From positions 26,310 to 90,309 of the forward strand of contig DASZXD010000042.1 of NCBI GenBank assembly GCA_035546015.1: a stretch of 64,000 nucleotides of DNA. The letters run 5' to 3'. Source of the DNA: Terracidiphilus sp. GTDB lineage: Bacteria; Acidobacteriota; Terriglobia; Terriglobales; Acidobacteriaceae. Shown here piece after piece: positions 29,596 to 39,401 of the stretch; position 1 is the first letter of the stretch; each line of letters starts with the position of its first letter. The notes below the pieces were generated by a model that did not search any database, was not told the DNA's origin, and saw nothing but the letters and a program-made list of their open reading frames with translations. The translations under genes and the position numbers were made by a program.

Positions 29596-31536
29596 ATGCT
29601 GATGAGCAACCGTTTTCTCGCCGTACTCCTGCTTGCCGCCACACCTCTGGCTTGCGCCGCTCAGAACGGGTCAACGCCCAACGCCACGCTGACTGTTGAT
29701 ACAACCAAGCGTGTGGCAAACGTGAGCCCAACCCTTTACGGCATCATGACCGAGGAGATCAACCATTCCTACGATGGTGGCCTGTACGCAGAACTCGTCA
29801 GCAACCGCACCTTCCAGACCAATCGCGGCCTCAGCATGGAAAACTGGACGCTCATTCAGAACGGCACATCGCAAGCCTCGATCGAGATCGACAGAGATAC
29901 CGGCCCCAGTGTTGCCATCACCCATAGCCTCAAGCTTGTAGCTAAATCTGCCGGCCCGCAAGCCGAGGTAGGTTTCTACAACACCGGCTACTGGGGCATG
30001 GCCATTCGCCCTGCAACGCTCTACCGCGGCTCGTTCTATGCCAAAACAGATAGCCCCGCAATCGGATCAATAGTCATACGCCTCGTCAACGACAGAACAG
30101 GTGCTATTACTACTTCGACGACCGTGCCTTCTCTCGGCAGTTCATGGCAGCGCTACGAATACATGCTGAAGACCGGCACGCTCACGCCCAGCAAGGAAAA
30201 CCATCTCGAATTTCTTGTGCAGCACCCGGGAACCGCGTGGTTCTCCCTCATTTCGCTCTTCCCGCCTACTTACAAAGATGAGCCAAACGGTAAGCGCATT
30301 GACCTGATGGAAAAACTCGCTGCGCTGCATCCGGCCTTCCTGCGCTTTCCCGGCGGCAACTACCTTGAAGGTGATCACCTCAATGAGCACTACGAGTGGA
30401 AGAAGACCATTGGCCCGCTCGTCGACCGTCCTACACACATGACACCGTGGACCTATCGTTCTTCCGACGGCATCGGTCTTCTCGAGTTCCTCACCTGGTG
30501 CGAGGACCTGCACATGGAGCCGTTGCTTGCCGTCTTCTCCGGTTACTCACTACTGCAGGAGCACATCACGCCCGGCTCCGATCTCGAACCCTACGTCCAG
30601 GATGCGCTTGACGAGATTGAGTACGTTACTGGCGACACATCAACCAAGTGGGGGGCCATACGCGCCAAAGGCGGCCATCCAGTGCCTTTCCATCTCAAAT
30701 ATGTTGAGATCGGCAATGAGGAGTACCACGACCCTTCCGGCACATACGATGCCCGTTTTGCGCAGTTCTACACGGCCATCAAGAAAGTGCATCCTGAGTT
30801 GCAGATTGTCGCTTCGGCTCCCGTCCAGTCTGTACGTCCAGATGTCCTCGACGACAACGACCATACTCTACACACGCACTTCTATCGCACCGCGCAGCAG
30901 TTCTTTCAGGATGTTCACCACTACGACAACTACGACCGCAGCGGCCCTAAGATCCTTGTCGGCGAGTGGGCCACGCGCGAAGGTTCTCCCACCACCAATC
31001 TCGGCGCGGCACTGGGCGACGCTGCATGGATGACCGGTCTTGAGCGGAACAGCGATATAGTGATTATGGCCTCGTACGCGCCGCTCTTCGTCAACGTCGA
31101 TCCAGGCGGCATGCAATGGCCAAGCGATCTTATCGGGTACGACGCGCTCTCAAGCTATGGATCGCCCAGTTACTATGCGCAGGTGATGTTCAGCACACAC
31201 CTTGGCAACCAGATCATGGATTCGAAGCTGGACACGAACAATCCGCGCCTCTTCCAATCTGCTACCTACAATTCGAAGACACATCACCTCTTCATCAAGC
31301 TGGTGAATGGTTCTTCCCTGCCAGAATCAGTCACAATCAAACTTGCCGGAACAACGCATGTCCAAAACAGAGCCACGGTTACAACCCTTAGCGGAAAAAC
31401 CACGCAGGAAACCAACTCCATTGCCGAACCAACTAGGATCGTTCCGGTCACCAGCACGATTACAGACGCAGCACCCGCCTTCAGCTACCTTCTGCCCAAG
31501 TACTCCATTCAGGTTTTGGATATTGTGCTGGAATAA
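29596..31536 (+). CDS. Secreted alpha-L-arabinofuranosidase (GH51) with an N-terminal CBM-like domain
   Basis: The signal peptide is MLMSNRFLAVLLLAATPLACAAQ. TLYGIMTEEINHSYDGGLYAELVSNRTFQ, FLRFPGGNYLEGD and YVEIGNEEY (acid/base) are GH51 signatures. Confidence 0.9.
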   Translation: MLMSNRFLAVLLLAATPLACAAQNGSTPNATLTVDTTKRVANVSPTLYGIMTEEINHSYDGGLYAELVSNRTFQTNRGLSMENWTLIQNGTSQASIEIDRDTGPSVAITHSLKLVAKSAGPQAEVGFYNTGYWGMAIRPATLYRGSFYAKTDSPAIGSIVIRLVNDRTGAITTSTTVPSLGSSWQRYEYMLKTGTLTPSKENHLEFLVQHPGTAWFSLISLFPPTYKDEPNGKRIDLMEKLAALHPAFLRFPGGNYLEGDHLNEHYEWKKTIGPLVDRPTHMTPWTYRSSDGIGLLEFLTWCEDLHMEPLLAVFSGYSLLQEHITPGSDLEPYVQDALDEIEYVTGDTSTKWGAIRAKGGHPVPFHLKYVEIGNEEYHDPSGTYDARFAQFYTAIKKVHPELQIVASAPVQSVRPDVLDDNDHTLHTHFYRTAQQFFQDVHHYDNYDRSGPKILVGEWATREGSPTTNLGAALGDAAWMTGLERNSDIVIMASYAPLFVNVDPGGMQWPSDLIGYDALSSYGSPSYYAQVMFSTHLGNQIMDSKLDTNNPRLFQSATYNSKTHHLFIKLVNGSSLPESVTIKLAGTTHVQNRATVTTLSGKTTQETNSIAEPTRIVPVTSTITDAAPAFSYLLPKYSIQVLDIVLE

Positions 31537-31688
31537 AGGCGCACGACTCATCGCCGGATTATTTGTTGATTTGCATCGGCTCGCAGTGGTTTGCGGTATC
31601 TCATGGAAGCCTCAAAAAAACACGGAGATGGCTTGCTTTGCTTCTGCAGTCCCGGTAGCTGATGTAAAGTAGTCTTGCCGAGTGCGCG

Positions 31689-32963
31689 ATGAGTATTCCC
31701 TTGCCAAAACTAATCGAGGTCACCCAGACCTATCCTCCTTCCAAAAGACTCGACTTTCACAAACTCCTTGCCGAACATTTCGACAAAGAGGGGCTTAGCA
31801 GCAAGATCTCGCCCGGCATGCGGATTGCCGTGGGCGTTGGCAGCCGCGGCATCGCAAATCTCAAAGAGATTGTGGAAGGTGCGTTGCGCGTGCTGATTGC
31901 CGCAGGCGCGAAACCATTTGTGATACCAGCGATGGGCAGTCATGGCGGCGCAACGCCGGATGGACAACGAAAAGTGCTCGCCGAATATGGCATTACTGAA
32001 GAGAGCCTCGGCGTTCCTATCGAAGCTAGCATGGACGTCGAAAAGATCGGCACGGCTCTCGGCGAACGGGATGTCGTTTTCAGCTCTCCCGCGCTTCGGG
32101 CGGATGGCATCGTCGTCATCAATCGCGTCAAACCGCATACCGACTTTCGCGGCACCCTCGGCAGCGGCATTCAAAAGATGTTGACTATCGGTTTCGGCAA
32201 GCAGATTGGTGCTGCCAATGCTCATCGCGCTGCGGCTCACATAGGTCACGAGACGACGATTCGTGAGTTTGCTAAGGTCATTCTTGAAAATGTTCGTGTT
32301 CTTTGCGGCATTGCCATACTCGAAGATCAGCATCATGAGACGGCCGAACTCACGGTTTTGCGGCCTGATGTCATTGTCAGTGAAGAACAGCTGCTTCTTG
32401 AGCGAGCGCGAGCACTGATGCCGCGCCTACCCTTGGATGAGATCGACCTGCTGATCGTAGATCAGATTGGCAAAGAGATCAGCGGCACTGGAATGGATAC
32501 GAACATCATCGGCCGGGATATCGCAGGATACTCCACATCTTTGCATCACTCGACTGGAGTCAAACCGCACATCTCCCGCATCTTTGTTCGCGATTTGTCG
32601 CACACTACCAATGGGAACGGAATCGGTATCGGCCTGGCCGACTTCACGACCGATCGCGCAGTGAAGGCGCTCGATCTCCGTTATATGTACATCAACGCAA
32701 CCACGTCGATCGGGTTGCATCCGGCGAAGATACCGATTCACTTCCCGACTGACCGCGAGGCAATTCACGAAGCGCTGGCAACGCTTGCCTCCCAGCATCC
32801 CGAGAATGCTCGTATCGTACGCATCGCGAACACACTCAGTCTGGAACGCATCCTCGTCTCAGAGTGCTGCTCTAAGATCCTTGAAGAATTGCCGGGAGTG
32901 AGCTTCGCCGGGCAAGCGCGCGAGATGCAATTTGATCAGGATGGAAACCTGCTGCCTTTCTGA
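31689..32963 (+). CDS. LarA-like / DUF2088-type protein (tentative)
   Basis: A 424-aa protein. Blocks PAMGSHGGAT and RVKPHTDFRGTLGSGIQKML resemble in pattern the LarA blocks (ATGFHRPST, ESHFFAGFSGGRK). This is a distant, by-eye similarity only. Confidence 0.45.
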   Translation: MSIPLPKLIEVTQTYPPSKRLDFHKLLAEHFDKEGLSSKISPGMRIAVGVGSRGIANLKEIVEGALRVLIAAGAKPFVIPAMGSHGGATPDGQRKVLAEYGITEESLGVPIEASMDVEKIGTALGERDVVFSSPALRADGIVVINRVKPHTDFRGTLGSGIQKMLTIGFGKQIGAANAHRAAAHIGHETTIREFAKVILENVRVLCGIAILEDQHHETAELTVLRPDVIVSEEQLLLERARALMPRLPLDEIDLLIVDQIGKEISGTGMDTNIIGRDIAGYSTSLHHSTGVKPHISRIFVRDLSHTTNGNGIGIGLADFTTDRAVKALDLRYMYINATTSIGLHPAKIPIHFPTDREAIHEALATLASQHPENARIVRIANTLSLERILVSECCSKILEELPGVSFAGQAREMQFDQDGNLLPF

Positions 32964-33104
32964 GGCTCGATCGCGGAAGTGAGCCAGATCGCTATCTGAC
33001 CAATATCCGAGCGCGACGCACGATGATCCGCTTGGTGCTGACGCAGCACGCGATCAGATAGAACGCTTCAGCAGACCGCTGCTCGATAGACCTGACGCAT
33101 GAAG

Positions 33105-33944
33105 TCAGTGTGCCTCACGGCGAGCAGTGCGCTTTGTGGACGGACGCTTGCGGACCGAAGGGATCGTGGCAAGATGATCACGGAGCTTGCGCGATTTGTC
33201 CTCACGTGCATTGTGAAGAAGGAGTTCGCGGGCATCGACGAGGTGGTCGGACATCAGACGAGATGCCAGCTCAGGGTCACGCTTTTCGATTGCCACCATG
33301 ATCGGGCGATGAAACTGAAGAGTATGTTCGAGATCCACAAGCTGCGAAGTTACCATGATCATGTTCAGCATGGCGCGGTGAATGGTGTGAAAGAGCCGCT
33401 CAGCAAGACGATTGCCCGATGCCTGGAAGATGGCGCGATGGAAGAGCAGGTCAGACGCAACGAGACGCATGTGATCGCGCCGGCTGTTTTCAAAGTCGGC
33501 TATCGATTGCTTGAGCAGCGCGATATCTTGTGCGTTCGCCCGCTCTGCGGCTTTGGCTGCAAGCGCAGGTTCGATCATGAGACGCATCTCGGTGAGTTCC
33601 TGCGGGGAAATATCGTCAAGAAGAAACAAAAACTCCATTGGTACAGCCAGGACCGACGACGCGTCCTGGTTCAGATAGCTTCCATCACCCACCTTCTGTG
33701 TGATGACCCCCATGATCTCAAGAACCTTGAGAGCCGGCCTCAGCGATGAGCGCGCAATGCCGAAATGCGCCGCGAGCTCACGCTCCGGTGGGAGCCTTGT
33801 GCCGGGTGCGAGCAGTCCTTCGCTGAGCAATTGCTGGAAACGCAGGATGAGCAGGTGAGTTACATCGTCGCGGTCTGCCAGCACATGCCCGGCTGCAACG
33901 GCTTGAGATTTTCCCTCTTTCTTCATTACCGAATACTGGGCCAT
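33105..33944 (-). CDS. GntR-family (FadR subfamily) transcriptional regulator
   Basis: The winged HTH is LPPERELAAHFGIARSSLRPALKVLEIMGVITQKVGDGSYL, followed by an all-helical FCD-type C-terminal domain. The gene is divergent from the TonB-dependent receptor locus. Confidence 0.9.
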   Translation of the reverse strand: MAQYSVMKKEGKSQAVAAGHVLADRDDVTHLLILRFQQLLSEGLLAPGTRLPPERELAAHFGIARSSLRPALKVLEIMGVITQKVGDGSYLNQDASSVLAVPMEFLFLLDDISPQELTEMRLMIEPALAAKAAERANAQDIALLKQSIADFENSRRDHMRLVASDLLFHRAIFQASGNRLAERLFHTIHRAMLNMIMVTSQLVDLEHTLQFHRPIMVAIEKRDPELASRLMSDHLVDARELLLHNAREDKSRKLRDHLATIPSVRKRPSTKRTARREAH

Positions 33945-34219
33945 GAGAAGACTAATGTCAATCGTTTCCCTTCAACGCTAACGACTGATTGAGCAAAAAT
34001 TGGTCGCTCCTATCGCTTCGTAGGATTTGCTGCTTCCCACGGCGGGCCAGCTTAATGCAGAGGCCCTTGCATCTCCATATTCAGGATAACCTATTCTCTT
34101 TGTTTTATTTGAATCAATTACGTTTTCGAGCACAGGTCATAAACTTTATAGAAAACGATTTCTGTGCCTTTTTTCAACGCGCATATAACGAATTTTTTCG
34201 CTTGACAGGCGTTTCTTAT

Positions 34220-34230
34220 TGGTACTACCT
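34220..34230. promoter_or_regulatory. Candidate GntR-family operator
   Basis: TGGTACTACCT fits the GntR consensus T-n-GT-nnn-AC-n-A at all but the last position, with a GGTA-C-TACC dyad at its core. It lies in the AT-rich GntR/TBDR divergent region, just downstream of a TTGACA hexamer at 34202-34207. Confidence 0.35.
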
Positions 34231-34240
34231 TTGCTTCGCT

Positions 34241-34259
34241 CTCGATAAACAGTATCGAG
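34241..34259. promoter_or_regulatory. Inverted repeat in the TBDR leader
   Basis: CTCGATA-aacag-TATCGAG has perfect 7-bp arms and lies about 95 nt upstream of the ATG at 34352. It could be an operator or a leader RNA hairpin. Confidence 0.25.
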
Positions 34260-34351
34260 CGAAAGCTCAGGCATTTGCTTCTTCCCCTACTTTCAGGCAA
34301 ACACAGCCTCTCGGTGGATTGGCAGGGCCACTAATTGCAGTGGAGGTCACT

Positions 34352-37300
34352 ATGCAAGTTACTTCTTGGATGAAAGCACTCAGGATTGCCGCAGCAGCAG
34401 GGATTCTCGCGCTGCTGGTACTTTTCGCCATGTTTGCGCAGGCGCAAGTGGAAACGGGCCGATTTGTCGGACACGTGACAGACGCACAAGGCGCAGTAGT
34501 TGAGCATGCGCAGGTAAAGCTACTAACGTGAACACCAATATCATTCAGACAGCGGAGACGAATTCAACCGGTGAGTACGTCATCACACCTGTCGTTGCCG
34601 GAGTGTACAGGCTGAGCGTGAGCGCAGCTGGTTTTCAGACGGCGACAACGGGGCAAATCGAAGTGCAGGTTGGACAAATCGCCCGTGAAGACCTTGTGCT
34701 GAAGGTTGGCGCATCGACCACGACGATCGAAGTAACAACTGAGGCTCCGCTGCTAAGCACTGATTCAGCCACAATGGGCACTGTAGTCTCAAACCGGCAG
34801 CTTACTGATCTGCCGCTGAATGGGCGCGGGTTCTACCAGTTGGCAGAGTTGACTCCAGGCGCAGCTCTGCTACCGGCGACAGGCAACTCGCTGGCGATTC
34901 GGCCGGAGATCGTGAATGGAAACACGATCAGCGGTGTTCATGGCTTTGCCACATCGTTCTTGCTGGATGGAGTGGATGTAAGCGAGCAACACCAGGGTGG
35001 AACCTTCATGCAGACGTCGATCGATGCGCTGCAGGAGTTTAACCTACAGCAGAATGCCTATTCAGCTGAATACAATCGCGGTGGCCCGGCCTTCAACTCA
35101 ACAACCAAATCAGGAACCAATACCTTTCATGGCGGGATTTTCGAATATATCCGTAACGACAAGCTGGATGCACGCAACTTTTTCTCGCGCAGACGGGCCA
35201 TCTTAAAGCGCAACCAGTTCGGCGGCGACCTGGGCGGACCAATCCTTTTCCCGCATATTTACAACGGGCGGGATCGGAGTTTCTTCTTCATCGATTACGA
35301 GGCGCAGCGTTTGCGCCAAGGGCTGGTGGAAAGCGGAGTCGTGCCGACGGCTGCGCAGCGCGGCGGCGATTTCAACGCTCCCGGACTCAACGTTATCTAC
35401 GACCCGATGACGACAACTACGACCAACGGCGTGACCACGCGGCAACAGATAAACTGCAATGGTGTGTTGAATGTAATCTGCCCATCGCGCATTGTGCGGC
35501 AGGCCACTGCAGTGCTGGCCTACTATCCGACTGGGAATGCCAGCGCAACAAGTTTTCAGGCGGTTCCATCACAGGCAATCGACTGGGACCAGTTCGTCAT
35601 CAGAGCCGATCATCAATTGAATTCGAAGAGCAGGCTATTTTTCCGCTGGGCATATATCAACCAGCGTGAGACCGATCCTAACTTCGCACCGCTGCTGAAA
35701 ACAGCTTCACTGACCTCAAACGCTCAGGATATTGCGGTCGGATTGATCACGAATATCGGCAACAACATGGTGCAGGACTTCAGAATTCACGGACTGCCAA
35801 GCCATGTGCGACTTTCTGCGTTCCTGGAGGGAACCGACTTCAACACAGCCAACAATATTCAGGGTTTTACTGGGCTGGCGCGGCCTGCCGGTGCCGGCTA
35901 CCCAGGGAGTTCTTTCCCAGACTACTCCTGGAGCGGTTATGCGCCACTGCAGGGGTCAACCTTCGATCAGCGGCCCAAGTCGCAGGACCGGCGCGTGCTG
36001 GAGGCCGTGGATAACTTCACCATCCTGAAAGGACGCCAGTCGCTCAAGTTCGGAGCCCTCCTGCGCTACTATCAGTGGCTTGGATATGACAGCGCAACCT
36101 ACGCGGGCCTGTTCGGCTTCACTGGAGCGGAGACGCAAAACCCGGGCGGCTCGACCAAAGGAGGGGACGCATTCGCCGACTTCTTGCTTGGATTTCCGGC
36201 ATCGGTGCAACGTGCGTATCCCGGCGCGAATTTTGGCGGACAGGGATGGTACAAGCAATTCTATGGACAAGACGACATTCGTGTGAATGGCAGGCTAACC
36301 GTGAATATTGGCTTGCGCTATGAATACACTCCGTGGCTAGAGGGATATCTCGGACAGCTCGGCACATTCGATCCAACCAAGTCCAAGCCGATCATCGTCG
36401 CCAGCCACAACAGCCAGGTGAATACTTCGTCGCAGTTCGCTACGCCTGCCGCGATGCAATTCTTTGGGCAATATATTCAGACAACTGCAGACGCCGGGCT
36501 TCCGTATAACCTGACCTATACGGACAAACTACAATTCGGGCCACGCGTTGGATTCTCATGGCAACCGATTTCCAAAACAGTCGTCCGCGGCGGCTTTGGA
36601 ATGTACTACGAACCCGAAGGAACGAGTGGGCGCATAAATCGTAACATCCTTCCCTTCCTGCTTTCTGAAACGGTGAACCAGACGGCCAACGTGGTTCCCA
36701 CGCGAACGTTTGCCGATTTCTTCCTTGGCGCGCCACTCGGCTCGGCCCTTGCGAACCCCAGCATGAATCAAACACCAACGCATTTGAAGATGGGCGAAAA
36801 CGATCACTACAGCCTGGCTTTGGAGCGCCAGATTTCGGGCAAGACACTCTTTGAGGTCGCGTATGTGGCTAATCATGGAGTCCACCTTCAGGGCTCGGAC
36901 GACTTCAACGATCCCACACCTGGCCCCGGGTCGGTGCAGAGCCGCAGGCCCCATCAGCCCTGGGGTACCATCTCCATGCAGTCTCAGGACCAGAGCACGA
37001 CTTACAATTCTTTGCAGACGAAGTTTCAACACCATATGGGGAATGGCTTGGCCGTGCTCATTTCCTATACGTGGTCGAAATACCTACAGGAGGCACAGAC
37101 GCCACAAGTGGGTGGAAACCTGGGGTTTGAGCACACCTATTCTCCATACGATGTTCCGCAGAACCTTGCTATCAGCGGCACCTACATGCTGCCGTTTGGA
37201 AGAAAAAGGCAGTTCCTGCCGAACGCAAACGGGGTCACAGATGCGATTGTTGGCGGCTGGCAGTTGCAGACCATCACGATTCTGCGCAGTGGCACTCCGT

Positions 37301-37695
37301 ATACGCCGGTTGTCGGTTCAGACGTGGCGAATACCAGTGTGGGATCTCAGCGGCCGAATCTAAACCCTGCAGGCGGATCGTCAACTTTCAAGAGAACGCG
37401 ATCTCTCTGGTTTGACAAGACTCGCTATGTGCAGGCGCCGCAGTACACCTATGGCGCTGTGCGCGCCAATACGCTGCGCGCCGACATGCGCCGGCAGTTT
37501 GATGCTTCACTCTTCAAGAACTTCAGCATGCCACACGAGTCTGTACTTTCGTTCCGTGCTGAGGCCTTCAACATCTCCAACACCACCAGCTTCAACGCAC
37601 CAGGCGCTACGGTTACCTCGTCCACTTGTTGCGCGGTTACGTCTACTTCCGTTCCATCGCGCGATATCCAGTTCGCGCTCAAATACGATTTCTAA
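34352..37695 (+). pseudogene. TonB-dependent receptor (carboxypeptidase-regulatory-like N-domain + plug + barrel) interrupted by a 1-nt deletion near 34520
   Basis: Frame A (ATG 34352, GGAGG ribosome-binding site) encodes the signal peptide MQVTSWMKALRIAAAAGILALLVLFAMFAQAQ, then VETGRFVGHVTDAQGAVVEHAQVKLLT, and stops at 34529-34531. Frame B continues as (K)ATNVNTNIIQTAETNSTGEYVITPVVAGVYRLSV for about 1055 aa to a terminal Phe (ALKYDF). Restoring one base in the CTN Leu codon gives the canonical AQVKLTNVNT junction. Confidence 0.8.
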
Positions 37696-37714
37696 CCAAC
37701 GAAGGGCCTTTGGA

Positions 37715-39397
37715 ATGCGCTACCTTGCTTTGATCTTTGCCTGCGCCGCATCAACTTTTGCTGTAGCGCAAAGCTCATCTTCCGCGCCGGTCTCGATTCA
37801 GGTGGATCTTGCGAAGCCGCAAGGCGCCTTCACACCGATTTACCGTTGGTTTGGATACGACGAATCAAACTACACAACCATGAAATACGGCAAGCAACTA
37901 CTCGGCGAGCTGCACGACCTGAGCCCCGAGCCGGTTTATATCCGTGCGCATCACCTGCTCACTTCAGGCAATGGCGTGGCTGAGCTCAAGTGGAGTTCGT
38001 CGAACGTCTTTTCTCTCGATGCGAATGGTAAACCTGTTTACGACTTCACCATCACAGACCAGACTTTTGACGAGTACAAAAAAGCCGGCGTGAGGCCTTA
38101 TGTCGAACTGGGATTCATGCCCAAAGATCTGGCCTCTACAGTTCCCGGCATCACCGAATACCAGCTTCATTATCCGAAGCCCACCATGGGTGGATCAGTG
38201 AACAATCCGCCGAAAGACTACGCAATGTGGGGTGAACTGGTGCGAAAGTTTACCGAGCATCTTGTGGAGCGCTACGGACGAGAAGAGGTGGCTACATGGT
38301 ATTTCGAAGTGTGGAACGAACCGGACATTTCGTACTGGCACGGCACTGAGGCCGACTACTTCAAGCTTTACGACTACGCAGTAGCTGGAGTACGTGCCGC
38401 GCTGCCAAATGCAAAGGTTGGCGGGCCGGCAAGTACGGGTCCGTCGAACGAAAAAGCCGAGGCTTTTCTCGATACCTTCCTGAAGCATTGCCTCAACGAT
38501 AAGAGTGCGGCAAACGGCAAGGCGATTCCGCTTGACTTCATCTCTTTTCATCCCAAGGGCCGGCCTATAGTAGTGGACGGGCATGTGCGCATGGGGCTCG
38601 CGAATGAGTTGAAGGCTGCAGACGCAGGTTTTCGCATCGTGGCGAAGTATCCACAGCTGCGCAAGCTACCCCTTGTTCTGAGCGAGGCTGATCCTGAAGG
38701 CTGCGCGGCCTGCTCGATGAAGGTAAATCCGGCAAATGCGTATCGTAACGGGCCGCTCTATGCCAGCTACACGGCCGCGGCCCTCAAGGGACTGTTTGAT
38801 CTGCAGGATCGCGAGAAGGTAAACCTGGCCGCCATGATCAGCTGGTCATTCGAGTTTGAGGGCAAGGACTATTTTGAAGGATTCCGTACACTGGCAACAA
38901 ACGGAATCGACAAGCCTATACTTAACGTCTTTCGCATGGCAGGGCTGATGTCTGGTCAACGTGTCATGACGACCAGTACAGAGAGTGTTCCGCTGGATAC
39001 AATTCTCAGCAGCGGAGTGCGGCAGACGCCGGATGTAGATGCGCTCGCTACGAAAGCCAATCGCGAAGCTGCGGTCATGGTTTGGAACTACCATGACGAT
39101 GATGTACCTGCAGAAGGCTCAGATGTGCAGGTAATTGTAGGAGGCATTCCCGCAGGCGTGAATAAAGTACTACTGCAACACTATCGCATCGACGAAACGC
39201 ACAGCAATTCGTACACTGTGTGGAAGGCCATGGGGTCTCCGCAATCTCCAACGAGTGAACAGTATGCGCAACTGCGGGCGGCAGGGCAATTGCAGCTTTT
39301 GAGTTCCCCAAAGTGGCTGGATGTGCGTGACGGTAAGGTAACTATTGATACGAATCTTCCGCGGCAAGCGACTTCGCTGATGCATTTGACATGGTGA
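37715..39397 (+). CDS. Secreted GH39 glycoside hydrolase (beta-xylosidase / alpha-L-iduronidase-like family)
   Basis: The signal peptide MRYLALIFACAASTFAVAQ starts at ATG 37715. The ORF-track extension back to 37412 overlaps the TBDR 3' end and is Arg/Pro-rich. WYFEVWNEPD is the GH39 acid/base block, and LVLSEAD is the candidate nucleophile block. Confidence 0.85.
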   Translation: MRYLALIFACAASTFAVAQSSSSAPVSIQVDLAKPQGAFTPIYRWFGYDESNYTTMKYGKQLLGELHDLSPEPVYIRAHHLLTSGNGVAELKWSSSNVFSLDANGKPVYDFTITDQTFDEYKKAGVRPYVELGFMPKDLASTVPGITEYQLHYPKPTMGGSVNNPPKDYAMWGELVRKFTEHLVERYGREEVATWYFEVWNEPDISYWHGTEADYFKLYDYAVAGVRAALPNAKVGGPASTGPSNEKAEAFLDTFLKHCLNDKSAANGKAIPLDFISFHPKGRPIVVDGHVRMGLANELKAADAGFRIVAKYPQLRKLPLVLSEADPEGCAACSMKVNPANAYRNGPLYASYTAAALKGLFDLQDREKVNLAAMISWSFEFEGKDYFEGFRTLATNGIDKPILNVFRMAGLMSGQRVMTTSTESVPLDTILSSGVRQTPDVDALATKANREAAVMVWNYHDDDVPAEGSDVQVIVGGIPAGVNKVLLQHYRIDETHSNSYTVWKAMGSPQSPTSEQYAQLRAAGQLQLLSSPKWLDVRDGKVTIDTNLPRQATSLMHLTW

Positions 39398-39401
39398 TCC
39401 G

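Noticed and set aside
31710-32336. 208-aa minus-strand ORF
   Set aside because: It is antisense to the LarA-like ORF, which has better coding character and a start context.
33099-33749. 216-aa plus-strand ORF
   Set aside because: It is antisense to the GntR regulator, whose HTH motif is unambiguous.
33989-34351. 5' two-thirds of the 180-aa ORF 33989..34531
   Set aside because: This stretch is AT-rich promoter/leader DNA with a TTG start and an implausible peptide (..FSLFYLNQLRFRAQVINFIENDF..). The real coding part begins at ATG 34352, which has a GGAGG ribosome-binding site and a signal peptide.
34519-34531. Programmed ribosomal frameshift at the TBDR split
   Set aside because: There is no slippery X-XXY-YYZ heptamer and no downstream structure. 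The junction is fully explained by loss of one base in a Leu codon.
37412-37714. N-terminal 101 codons of ORF 37412..39397
   Set aside because: The stretch overlaps the 3' end of the TonB-dependent receptor gene and is Arg/Pro/Ser-rich. The signal peptide and ribosome-binding context support ATG 37715 as the GH39 start.
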